Origin: a virus
Taxonomy: Duplodnaviria > Heunggongvirae > Uroviricota > Caudoviricetes
DNA length: 37,497 bases
Reading direction: 5' to 3' (one strand)
Virus record (IMG/VR): IMGVR_UViG_3300008107_000053
Below, in pieces: positions 1-7,385 of this stretch (the first letter of the stretch is position 1; each line of letters begins with the position of its first letter). Under the pieces are notes generated by a model. It was not told the DNA's origin. It ran no database searches and was given only the letters and a program-made list of their open reading frames with translations. The translations under genes were made by a program, and so were the position numbers.

Positions 1-204
1 TTTAATTAGACTTAGCACTGCCGTTTTAATTCAACGGGACTCCTCCCTTAGCCTAATAACGACTTAAACCCCCACACACATTTATTCTCTTCATGTTTTA
101 ATAGGGTTAAAGACTTTGTAATCACTTTGTCCCAAAAATCGCCGCCGAAAAATTTTAACAGGTAGAGGGTTGCGACCCGATACCCTCTCTAGAAAAGGTT
201 TGTC

Positions 205-663
205 ATGTATCTAAGTAATCCACTGGAAACACTGCATCATAGTTTGTCTCATGCAGCGTATGAAGCATTCTCTCAATATCACTATAAAGATCGTGATTGG
301 GCTAAACACGATGCGTGGCGTAGCACTCTAACACGAGAACAGATGAAGACCGCGATAGCACCTGAAGACTGTTTTGTAGACAAGGTTCGAAAGCATACGC
401 CATCGGATGTCACTGTTATGGCTATGTTTCCTCAGACATGGGGCAGTACTGCTCTAGGGTTTGGTGGTATTGGTGGAGCAGCTATTTCTAGTGCATACGT
501 ATGTGTGTTGGAATCTAACCTAGTAGGTGAGGTAGCTGTGTACTTTGGTGGTCGATTAGCTTATGTAATTAAGCGACCCAATAATGAATTCTATGCGGAT
601 GTACGTAATACCAAGATGGTAGACGCTAAAGATGGAGTAGCGAAATATGAAAGAACGAATTAA
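205..663 (+). CDS. conserved phage hypothetical protein
   Basis: 152-aa ORF with AAAGG RBS; FPQTWGSTALGFGGIGG motif is familiar from phage hypotheticals; overlaps the next gene. Confidence 0.8.
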   Translation: MYLSNPLETLHHSLSHAAYEAFSQYHYKDRDWAKHDAWRSTLTREQMKTAIAPEDCFVDKVRKHTPSDVTVMAMFPQTWGSTALGFGGIGGAAISSAYVCVLESNLVGEVAVYFGGRLAYVIKRPNNEFYADVRNTKMVDAKDGVAKYERTN

Positions 664-862
664 AGAACTTGCTGAACAGGCTGGTTACACAAAAGGACAC
701 CATGATGAATATGGGCGTCTGACGGTCATGCCGGAATTTAACAAAGAAAAGTTCGCCGAGTTGATTGTTCGGGAATGTGCCAAACATGCAGAACATGCAA
801 AAGGCATGGATGTTGATTATCAAAAGTATTTCAAAGAACTTTTATTCGGGAGTGAACTATGA
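647..862 (+). CDS. small hypothetical protein, EKFAELIVREC family, copy 1
   Basis: GGAG RBS at about 633; MKERIKELA...EKFAELIVRECA; ATGA overlap with the next ORF. Confidence 0.85.
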   Translation: MKERIKELAEQAGYTKGHHDEYGRLTVMPEFNKEKFAELIVRECAKHAEHAKGMDVDYQKYFKELLFGSEL

Positions 863-1170
863 TAGATTACTTTGAAGCCCTGCGAGAAATGCACCAGGGT
901 AATGTGGTCAAGTATGTTGGCACAGTGAATGGCAATGTAATGAGCGACAAGGGTGCTAGTTTCTGTATGTGTCGCGGTTGTATCTTTCTATTCAATGATG
1001 GCGTAATTAAATGGAACAAGCTAGGATATATGGTTTATGATCCGGACTTTCGTTATGAGTTAACTGGTCAAACAGTTGATCCTAGGGCATGGAAACCAGA
1101 GAAAAACAGAGATCGTAAAGAAATTAAAAGCAAGTTAGGCTATAGTAGAATCGGAAGGAACAATGTATGA
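859..1170 (+). CDS. hypothetical protein
   Basis: 103-aa ORF coupled by ATGA overlaps at both ends. Confidence 0.75.
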   Translation: MIDYFEALREMHQGNVVKYVGTVNGNVMSDKGASFCMCRGCIFLFNDGVIKWNKLGYMVYDPDFRYELTGQTVDPRAWKPEKNRDRKEIKSKLGYSRIGRNNV

Positions 1171-1343
1171 AACTAGTTAGCAGACACATAAAAATGAATC
1201 CAGATACCTTTGCTCCAGAAATGGAAATTGTATTGAGATTACCCATGGAACTAGCAATGGATACTCTTGTTACAATGACTGAGGAAGAATTCACAAATAA
1301 ACTTGGAAAAGAGTTGTTTGAAATGTTGAGGTCAAAAGAATGA
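1167..1343 (+). CDS. small hypothetical protein, 58 aa (not in ORF track)
   Basis: Hand translation MKLVSRHIKMNPDTFAPEMEIV...LRSKE*; fills the gap with ATGA overlaps at both ends. Confidence 0.7.
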   Translation: MKLVSRHIKMNPDTFAPEMEIVLRLPMELAMDTLVTMTEEEFTNKLGKELFEMLRSKE

Positions 1344-1555
1344 ACCCACGTATTCAAGAACTTTGGGACGAGGCGGCTAAATCTACAACCACCTTTCCAA
1401 GCGGACAAAATAACTCTTGGGAAACTCAAGTGAATTTTATGGAAAAGTTCGCTGAGTTGATTGTCAGGGAATGTGCTGATATTGCCCGACTGAATACAAG
1501 AGTGGATAGCAAAGTGTATCTAATGATCCAAGAACATTTCGGAGTTGAAGAATGA
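1340..1555 (+). CDS. small hypothetical protein, EKFAELIVREC family, copy 2
   Basis: MNPRIQEL...EKFAELIVRECA...HFGVEE. Confidence 0.85.
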   Translation: MNPRIQELWDEAAKSTTTFPSGQNNSWETQVNFMEKFAELIVRECADIARLNTRVDSKVYLMIQEHFGVEE

Positions 1556-1722
1556 ACATACTGATTAGGATTCTACACATCTTACCATTTACTCACTTCT
1601 ATGGTAAATGGTCTGATACTGGGACTTGTTCTGGTTATGATGGTGAAGAACGCCAGCAAAGATTCTGTATCATCTGCAATAAGAAACAATATCGTACTAT
1701 AACCAATAGTCCCATAATCTGA
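1552..1722 (+). CDS. small CxxC-containing protein, 56 aa (not in ORF track)
   Basis: Hand translation MNILIRILHILPFTHFYGKW...QRFCIICNKKQYR...; GGAG RBS lies in the upstream gene's 3' end; ATGA overlap. Confidence 0.65.
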   Translation: MNILIRILHILPFTHFYGKWSDTGTCSGYDGEERQQRFCIICNKKQYRTITNSPII

Positions 1723-1725
1723 CAA

Positions 1726-1911
1726 ATGAACGAACGAATTAAACAACTTGCTCATGAGGCTGGATTGCCAACGTACAATCCAGAAGGTATTCCAACTAAA
1801 CTAGAAAAGTTCGCCGAGTTGATTGTTCGGGAATGTATTGATACGGCTAGGAATGCGAAGTCGCTAGAAGCAGCTGTTATGATTAAACAACATTTTGGAG
1901 TTAGTGAATGA
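1726..1911 (+). CDS. small hypothetical protein, EKFAELIVREC family, copy 3
   Basis: MNERIKQLA...EKFAELIVREC...HFGVSE. Confidence 0.85.
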   Translation: MNERIKQLAHEAGLPTYNPEGIPTKLEKFAELIVRECIDTARNAKSLEAAVMIKQHFGVSE

Positions 1912-2013
1912 GCAATTTTATTTTTTGTTTATGCCTGTTTATGTCTGGCTGTGTATCCGCACACTATTGTTGGCAATCCCAAGTATGCGTTCTAGCAAAG
2001 TAAGAGGTGAAGA

Positions 2014-2226
2014 ATGAACGACCTTGATATAATTCGATCCGCTGCTAGGGAGTCTAATCTAGATGTCTATGGACTAGGGCTAGATCGTGAAAAGTGGGAA
2101 GCTGCGTTGACTAGGTATACTAAGATTATTATACAGGATTGTGCTAATACTGCAGATGGATATGTGCGAGACGGTGAGATTGATATCGCCAGAATTATCC
2201 GTAGACGTTTTGGAGTTGAAGAATGA
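2014..2226 (+). CDS. small hypothetical protein, degenerate member of the same family, copy 4
   Basis: LTRYTKIIIQDCA aligns with EKFAELIVRECA; ends RFGVEE like copies 2 and 3; GAGG RBS. Confidence 0.75.
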   Translation: MNDLDIIRSAARESNLDVYGLGLDREKWEAALTRYTKIIIQDCANTADGYVRDGEIDIARIIRRRFGVEE

Positions 2227-2357
2227 TTGCTTTACTAATTATACTAATCATGGTAGCTATTGCCATAACAATCCTGCGCAGGTTACCAAAGGGTGACTGT
2301 ACGGGAGACTGTAATCAGGGAAGATCCTGTAATTGTAGGAATAAAGATGGGCTCTGA
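2223..2357 (+). CDS. small membrane-anchored Cys-rich peptide, 44 aa (not in ORF track)
   Basis: MIALLIILIMVAIAITILRRLPKGDCTGDCNQGRSCNCRNKDGL*; ATGA overlap and GGAG RBS. Confidence 0.7.
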   Translation: MIALLIILIMVAIAITILRRLPKGDCTGDCNQGRSCNCRNKDGL

Positions 2358-2451
2358 TAAAGCATTCTTTGCCACTATACTTGCAATGTTTGCATTCATC
2401 TGTGGTGCACCATACATTGCCCTGTTAATTTTTATTATTGGAGTACTATGA
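2347..2451 (+). CDS. small hydrophobic peptide, 34 aa (not in ORF track)
   Basis: MGSDKAFFATILAMFAFICGAPYIALLIFIIGVL*; ATGA overlap with the ORF at 2448. Confidence 0.55.
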   Translation: MGSDKAFFATILAMFAFICGAPYIALLIFIIGVL

Positions 2452-2690
2452 ATAAGTATAACATTGACTGGAGTAAAGTCCAGTATAAAACTATTACTAT
2501 CTCTACCAAGGATGGTTTCGCTCCGTTCCAGTGGACGCTTAATGTTCCCAATGCATGGGGTAGTGTACAGATGTCTCGCTTCGCTCGAATGGAACAGGAT
2601 GTAGATTCTGAGATGCGTGCGCTTGAGATGAAAGTGGATCAGAGTGGATTCTGTGACGCTAAGGAAGTTATTAGTAGGATCATGAAATGA
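2448..2690 (+). CDS. hypothetical protein
   Basis: 80-aa ORF, GGAG RBS, coupled to neighbours. Confidence 0.75.
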   Translation: MNKYNIDWSKVQYKTITISTKDGFAPFQWTLNVPNAWGSVQMSRFARMEQDVDSEMRALEMKVDQSGFCDAKEVISRIMK

Positions 2691-2857
2691 GGCTGATTGC
2701 AATTGTGTTTTTACTTAGTGGATGCACCACAAATACATTTGACTTTTCAGTGAAAGACTCGTATAATAGCTATGTGCCTGTAAAGGTTAAAGTACCTGTG
2801 CGGAATTGTGATAATCCGTACGTTAAATGTGGAGTAAATAATGGGATTGCAAAGTAA
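2687..2857 (+). CDS. putative small lipoprotein, 56 aa (not in ORF track)
   Basis: MRLIAIVFL-LSGC lipobox at residues 10-13; ATGA overlap with the upstream ORF. Confidence 0.55.
   Translation: MRLIAIVFLLSGCTTNTFDFSVKDSYNSYVPVKVKVPVRNCDNPYVKCGVNNGIAK
2739..2767 (+). promoter_or_regulatory. sigma70-type promoter
   Basis: TTGACT-17 nt-TATAAT. Confidence 0.75.
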
Positions 2858-3788
2858 CATCGGTGTTGGTGATCAGGTTAGTGTAAAGCTAACCAAGGGT
2901 CACGCAGCACGTATAGCCATTTGTTCAGACGTTCACTTGGAGTTTGGAACTATTGAGCTTAAGAATCCAGGCAATGTGGATATCCTAATCCTTGCTGGTG
3001 ACATTCTTGTTGCCAAGGATTTAAACGACTACGACTCTCTTAACCTTGTTGGTGAGAATAGTCGTTCTCAGCTATGGCATCGTTTCTTCCAGACTGCATC
3101 AGCAGAGTTCAAGCACGTTCTGTACGTAGCTGGTAATCATGAGCATTACCATGGAGATTTTCCCAAGACTATTCCTCGCTTGCGTGAAAAGCTAGGTTAC
3201 ATCGAGAACCTGCATATCATGGATCGCGATGTGTTTGAATTCAATGGCATTCGCTTTATTGGCAGTACTCTGTGGACTGACATGAACAAGCGTGATCCGT
3301 TGACCCTGTACCACATGAAGAGTTGCATGAACGATTTCCGCTGTGTTAGTAATAGCGACCGTGAAGTCTCTTACAAGACTTTTGAAGTTACAGAAGATGG
3401 TCGTCAGATTCCTACATTCCGCACTCGTCCTGCATTGTTTAGTGCAGAAGATGCAGTTGATGAACATGAAAAGGCACTTGGTTACATTAAGCAAGTCTAC
3501 GAAGATACGCCTCCATGGACCAGCATTGTAGTTATTGGTCACCACACACCTAGTCATCAAAGCTGCCATCCTCGCTACAAAGAAGATCAGCTGATGAATG
3601 GCGGATACCACTCGGACTTGGAAGAATTCATTTTGGATCGTCCAGGTATCAAGTTGTGGATTCACGGGCATACTCATGAACGTTACGACTACATGATTGG
3701 TGATACTCGCATTGTTTGCAACCCACGTGGTTACATCAAGTACGAAGAAATTGCCAATACTTTTGAACTAAAGGTTGTAGAGGTTTAA
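2841..3788 (+). CDS. calcineurin-like metallophosphoesterase
   Basis: SDVH, AGD, GNHEHY, GHH and HGHTH motifs. Confidence 0.92.
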   Translation: MGLQSNIGVGDQVSVKLTKGHAARIAICSDVHLEFGTIELKNPGNVDILILAGDILVAKDLNDYDSLNLVGENSRSQLWHRFFQTASAEFKHVLYVAGNHEHYHGDFPKTIPRLREKLGYIENLHIMDRDVFEFNGIRFIGSTLWTDMNKRDPLTLYHMKSCMNDFRCVSNSDREVSYKTFEVTEDGRQIPTFRTRPALFSAEDAVDEHEKALGYIKQVYEDTPPWTSIVVIGHHTPSHQSCHPRYKEDQLMNGGYHSDLEEFILDRPGIKLWIHGHTHERYDYMIGDTRIVCNPRGYIKYEEIANTFELKVVEV

Positions 3789-3789
3789 T

Positions 3790-4128
3790 ATGAGTGAGTA
3801 TATTCCTGACAAGTGGGTAGTTGTTAAAATTAGTGGATACAAAGATAACCCAATAGTCTATAAGGTATTTGCCTGTTGGTACGGTGGTTGGGCAGGTTCT
3901 GATGCATGGAAGCTAAACAGTGGCATTACCAAAGCAACTCTCGAAGGTTTCGTATATTCCTTTGAGGGTGCTTCTGGTTCTGTCTATGAGTGCCATAAAG
4001 ATTGTTATGGTACAAACATGTATGGGCATGGTGTTCTTAGTAGCATGATTACCAATTCTGAACCACATGGGATTGTTATTGAGATTATGCCTGAAGAAAC
4101 AAATTGGTTGGAGTTAAATTATGAGTGA
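3790..4128 (+). CDS. conserved phage hypothetical protein
   Basis: MSEYIPDKWVVVKI...YKVFACWYGG...WKLNSGI; 1-nt gap after the upstream stop. Confidence 0.8.
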   Translation: MSEYIPDKWVVVKISGYKDNPIVYKVFACWYGGWAGSDAWKLNSGITKATLEGFVYSFEGASGSVYECHKDCYGTNMYGHGVLSSMITNSEPHGIVIEIMPEETNWLELNYE

Positions 4129-4285
4129 AAGTTATATACTAGAAATTCAAGAAGATCCTGCGACTAAGGATCTTATACTAGAATTCCCTGATTCCTTGAT
4201 GGAGTCAGCTGGATGGAAGATTGGAGATACCATTGAATGGATCGACAATAATGATGGCTCTTGGACTTTACGAAAGAAAGAATGA
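4121..4285 (+). CDS. AbrB/SpoVT-like small protein, 54 aa (not in ORF track)
   Basis: Hand translation ...DLILEFPDSLMESAGWKIGDTIEW..., a swapped-hairpin-like signature; GGAG RBS. Confidence 0.75.
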   Translation: MSESYILEIQEDPATKDLILEFPDSLMESAGWKIGDTIEWIDNNDGSWTLRKKE

Positions 4286-4286
4286 A

Positions 4287-4547
4287 ATGAAATTTACACT
4301 TATTGCTGAACATGAAACTGGTGAGAAAATCACCTATGAGTTTGAGAACGATTATCTCTATAATGTTCTTGACAATGTAGACTTGTTCCTTCGTGGTGCA
4401 GGATTCGTACCAGAAGGTACGCTGGCGTATACCGAAGAAGAAACATATAAGTTTTCTGATCTCTCTGGTATGGATAATACCATGAACACTACTGCAGATA
4501 CAGTCCAACATTCTGATTGGTATTTTGATACAGGAAGAAACCGATGA
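4287..4547 (+). CDS. conserved hypothetical protein; start moved to MKFTL
   Basis: In frame with track ORF 4221..4547; VDLFLRGAGF motif; the upstream part overlaps the AbrB-like gene. Confidence 0.75.
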   Translation: MKFTLIAEHETGEKITYEFENDYLYNVLDNVDLFLRGAGFVPEGTLAYTEEETYKFSDLSGMDNTMNTTADTVQHSDWYFDTGRNR

Positions 4548-4924
4548 ATAAAGTTTTCACCGATGTAACTACATTTTTGAATGCGGCTGGTCAGACGTTT
4601 CCAAGTGAACCAGATGCTAATGTATCTGAATTGGCTCAGCTGTATAAAAAGCTAATTAAAGAAGAAGTAGAAGAATTCTGGGAAGCCGAAGCCGCATCAG
4701 ACGATGTAGAAGAATTGGACGCATGCTTTGATATGATGTGGGTTATTATTGGCTACATGAAAGCACGTGGCTGGGATTGCGAAGCTGCATGGGAAGAAGG
4801 TGCTCAGAGTAACCTATCTAAAATTGACCCTACAACTGGTAAGGTTATTCGTCGTGCAGACGGAAAGATCCTTAAACCAGAGGGCTGGCAGCCACCAGAT
4901 TTCACTAAATTTGTTGCAAAATAA
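4544..4924 (+). CDS. MazG-like/PRA-PH-like nucleoside triphosphate pyrophosphohydrolase
   Basis: EEVEEF...EELDACFD acidic helix motif, SNLSK, DGKILKPEGW. Confidence 0.85.
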   Translation: MNKVFTDVTTFLNAAGQTFPSEPDANVSELAQLYKKLIKEEVEEFWEAEAASDDVEELDACFDMMWVIIGYMKARGWDCEAAWEEGAQSNLSKIDPTTGKVIRRADGKILKPEGWQPPDFTKFVAK

Positions 4925-4927
4925 GTG

Positions 4928-4956
4928 TTTACTTTTAATCGACTTTGCGGTATAAT
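4928..4956 (+). promoter_or_regulatory. sigma70-type promoter, likely producing a leaderless mRNA
   Basis: TTTACT-17 nt-TATAAT; ATG at 4963. Confidence 0.7.
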
Positions 4957-4962
4957 AAGACT

Positions 4963-5451
4963 ATGATTACACTATACTTAGACATGGATGGAGTTATTGC
5001 AGACTTCAATAAAGAATACATGAAACTTGATCCCAACAAAACAGATCGTAAACGATTCCGTTCTGCTGTGATTGAAGATAAGATTTTTGAGAAACTGGAT
5101 TTCATGCCAGATGCCGCAGAGTTGCTTAACCACGTATCTCGTTTAAATGGAATTAATATCGAGATCCTTACCTCTATGGGCACTCATGATCCATTCCAAG
5201 GCAACTCAGCAAAGTATCAGAAATTAAACTGGCTGCAGGCTAAAAATATTCCATACAAAGCTAACTTCGTACACAGCAAAGTAGAAAAAGCTGCTTACGC
5301 AACTCCAACTTCTATTTTGATCGACGACTCTATTGGATGTATTACACCATTCAATGAAAAGGGTGGTCATGGTATCCTTCATACTAGTGCCTCTGAAACG
5401 AATAAAGTTCTTGACTCTATTCTACTTCAGCTAAAGGCAATTCATGCTTGA
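4963..5451 (+). CDS. HAD-family 5'(3')-deoxyribonucleotidase-like protein
   Basis: LYLDMDGVIADF motif I, LTS motif II, LIDD motif IV. Confidence 0.88.
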   Translation: MITLYLDMDGVIADFNKEYMKLDPNKTDRKRFRSAVIEDKIFEKLDFMPDAAELLNHVSRLNGINIEILTSMGTHDPFQGNSAKYQKLNWLQAKNIPYKANFVHSKVEKAAYATPTSILIDDSIGCITPFNEKGGHGILHTSASETNKVLDSILLQLKAIHA

Positions 5452-5728
5452 TTATATTAGACCTACACTAAATTGGATTCGCGATGACTGGCGTTCTAAT
5501 AGGATCCGTTTTATTGTTGAGTTGCTTGCTTGGGGTATTAGCATTGGCTGTGCAATTACTATGGCAGTCACTGTCCCTAATCCTCCACTTCTTATCTTAT
5601 ATCCTATTTGGATCACTGGCTGTGCTATGTATGCTTGGGCTGCTAGTACTAGGAAATCTTTCGGCATGTTGGCTAACTACCTATTGCTTGTAACTATTGA
5701 TATTGTTGGCTTGATTAGGATGCTATAA
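5444..5728 (+). CDS. small multi-pass membrane protein
   Basis: Three hydrophobic segments; coupled to neighbours. Confidence 0.8.
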   Translation: MLDYIRPTLNWIRDDWRSNRIRFIVELLAWGISIGCAITMAVTVPNPPLLILYPIWITGCAMYAWAASTRKSFGMLANYLLLVTIDIVGLIRML

Positions 5729-5976
5729 TGCAATTAACGAACAAGAAAATCTATCCACCCGCAGCGCAGATTCCTGCAATGCCTATTGATTTTGTTAAAC
5801 CAGTTTCCTACGAATTTCGTGTAGCTGAGACAGTTGATGACTCTGGCAAAATCACTAAAGTTTCTCTGCAGGTGCAAATTTGGGAGCATGATGAGTTTGG
5901 CAGCGGCACAGTAAAACATTATTGGCAAGATGTACCTCGTGCCAAGTTCAATAAAGACGGTGCGATTCTCACATGA
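5728..5976 (+). CDS. hypothetical protein
   Basis: TAATG overlap upstream, ATGA overlap downstream. Confidence 0.75.
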   Translation: MQLTNKKIYPPAAQIPAMPIDFVKPVSYEFRVAETVDDSGKITKVSLQVQIWEHDEFGSGTVKHYWQDVPRAKFNKDGAILT

Positions 5977-6524
5977 ACATTTTCTACGTACACGAAGACG
6001 CTAAGACTTGTGCTCAACAACACGTTGACAAGCACGTAGTCAAAATGATCCTAGAGTACGCACAACTTCTTTCCACTGCGCATCGTGTTCTAGACGGTCA
6101 AGAAACCGAAGGGTTGTCACCTTCTGGTCGCAAACAGAAAATCTGGAAATTGCCCGATGATCGTGATTCGACTTTATACAAAGCGACTCATATGAATCAT
6201 CCGTCTGCAAAGTGGGCTCGTCATAGCATTCACAACTATAAATTGTTATTCAATCTATGGATCGAACTTCAGCGTGAGTATAACTACCGCTATGGTAAGA
6301 TTCATTCATGTGCTCGCTTGATAAAATATCTTAAGAATCCACCTAATAACATTAGCATCACTGAGCCCTTCTCTGCACCGTGGCGGGCAATGCCAGATGA
6401 GTTCAAAGAATCTCGTGATGTTGAAAACTACACAGTCAAGTCTTATCGTAATTACTACAATGGCGCCAAAACTTCTATGTTTAATTGGAAGAAGCGCCAA
6501 ACTCCTGATTGGATTGAACTATGA
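5973..6524 (+). CDS. denV: pyrimidine-dimer DNA glycosylase/endonuclease V-like protein
   Basis: MNIF...DKHVVKMILEYAQLLSTAH...YKATHMNHPS family motifs. Confidence 0.78.
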   Translation: MNIFYVHEDAKTCAQQHVDKHVVKMILEYAQLLSTAHRVLDGQETEGLSPSGRKQKIWKLPDDRDSTLYKATHMNHPSAKWARHSIHNYKLLFNLWIELQREYNYRYGKIHSCARLIKYLKNPPNNISITEPFSAPWRAMPDEFKESRDVENYTVKSYRNYYNGAKTSMFNWKKRQTPDWIEL

Positions 6525-7105
6525 AGATAATCTCCTTTTATACAGGTCATTATGAATGGGATGCTGAACAACTAAAGAAATCCATGAACAAACTAGGCAT
6601 CATAAACTATGATGTAGAATATAGAGATGGTGTTGGTAGTTGGGAATCAAACACTCAAATGAAGTGTAACTTTATTTTAGAAAAATTAAAAGAAAACGAC
6701 TCTGTTGTTTGGACTGATGCCGACTCTAGAGTTAGAGAAATACCTTCATTTTTCGACACAATAGAAACTGATGTTGGATTTTATTTTTTACCAGCTGAGT
6801 GTGCTAATGATTTTAAGCTGCCAGATCACTCAATACTAAAATCGCCTATAAGCTATCTACAGTCTGGCACTATGTTTTTCAGAAACACTAAATCTACAAT
6901 AAACCTCTTACATAAATGGAATGAGTTAAACTCTTTAGATAATAGACAGTGGGATCAGTGGACATTACAAGTCGCTCTCGCACAATCAGATGTTACTATA
7001 ACAGAACTTCCAGAAAGTTATGTTTGGGTTGATGGCGTTAATTCTGGTTCACCAGTAATAGAACATTTACAGGCGAGCAGAAAATTTAAGGCTAAAATCC
7101 GCTAA
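6521..7105 (+). CDS. nucleotide-diphospho-sugar glycosyltransferase (GT-A, GT77-like)
   Basis: VVWTDADS (DxD), QSGTMFF, WDQWTLQ motifs. Confidence 0.8.
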   Translation: MKIISFYTGHYEWDAEQLKKSMNKLGIINYDVEYRDGVGSWESNTQMKCNFILEKLKENDSVVWTDADSRVREIPSFFDTIETDVGFYFLPAECANDFKLPDHSILKSPISYLQSGTMFFRNTKSTINLLHKWNELNSLDNRQWDQWTLQVALAQSDVTITELPESYVWVDGVNSGSPVIEHLQASRKFKAKIR

Positions 7106-7108
7106 ATA
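7102..7108 (+). promoter_or_regulatory. putative T4-type late promoter (CTAAATA)
   Basis: Variant of the T4 late consensus TATAAATA, directly upstream of the AAGGAG RBS; gp33 is present in the window. Confidence 0.55.
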
Positions 7109-7125
7109 AAGTATAAGGAGATATT

Positions 7126-7374
7126 ATGCCAACCTATGCATTTCGAGATAAAACAAGTGGTGACATTTTTGAGAAGTTTATGAGCATTTCTGCTCGAGAA
7201 GAATACCTAAAGTCCAACCCAAATATTGAATCTCAGCTAAACGGCTCACCTATGGTGTGCGATCCCGTTCGCGTTGGTGCACGTAAATTCGATTCTGGTT
7301 TCAAAGAAGTACTGCAGAAAATTCATTCACGTGCCCCTGGCAGTACATTAAACAGGGGATCTAGTCAACTTTAA
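7126..7374 (+). CDS. FmdB-like small regulatory protein (T4-like family)
   Basis: MPTYAFRDKTSGDIFEKFMSIS...NP; strong RBS; lies upstream of phoH. Confidence 0.7.
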   Translation: MPTYAFRDKTSGDIFEKFMSISAREEYLKSNPNIESQLNGSPMVCDPVRVGARKFDSGFKEVLQKIHSRAPGSTLNRGSSQL

Positions 7375-7385
7375 TAGGAATTTTA

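Larger units (their letters stand above)
745..1836 (+). repeat. dispersed 34-nt repeat in the EKFAELIVREC paralogs
   Basis: AGAAAAGTTCGCCGAGTTGATTGTTCGGGAATGT is identical at 745-778 and 1803-1836; a variant starts at 1442. Confidence 0.9.

Noticed and set aside
745-1836. DGR template/variable repeat pair
   Set aside because: Differences between copies are mostly C/T, not adenine-specific; no reverse transcriptase in the window.
1904-2017. Micro-ORF between paralogs 3 and 4
   Set aside because: Two competing frames (1908-2003, Cys-rich MSNFIFCLCLFMSGC...; and 1904/1931-2017 ending RGEE); I cannot decide which, if either, is real.
3192-3677. Minus-strand ORFs over well-supported plus-strand genes (also 2283-2702, 15432-15851, 16508-16774, 19438-19884)
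   Set aside because: Fully overlap genes with clear motifs; no start signals.
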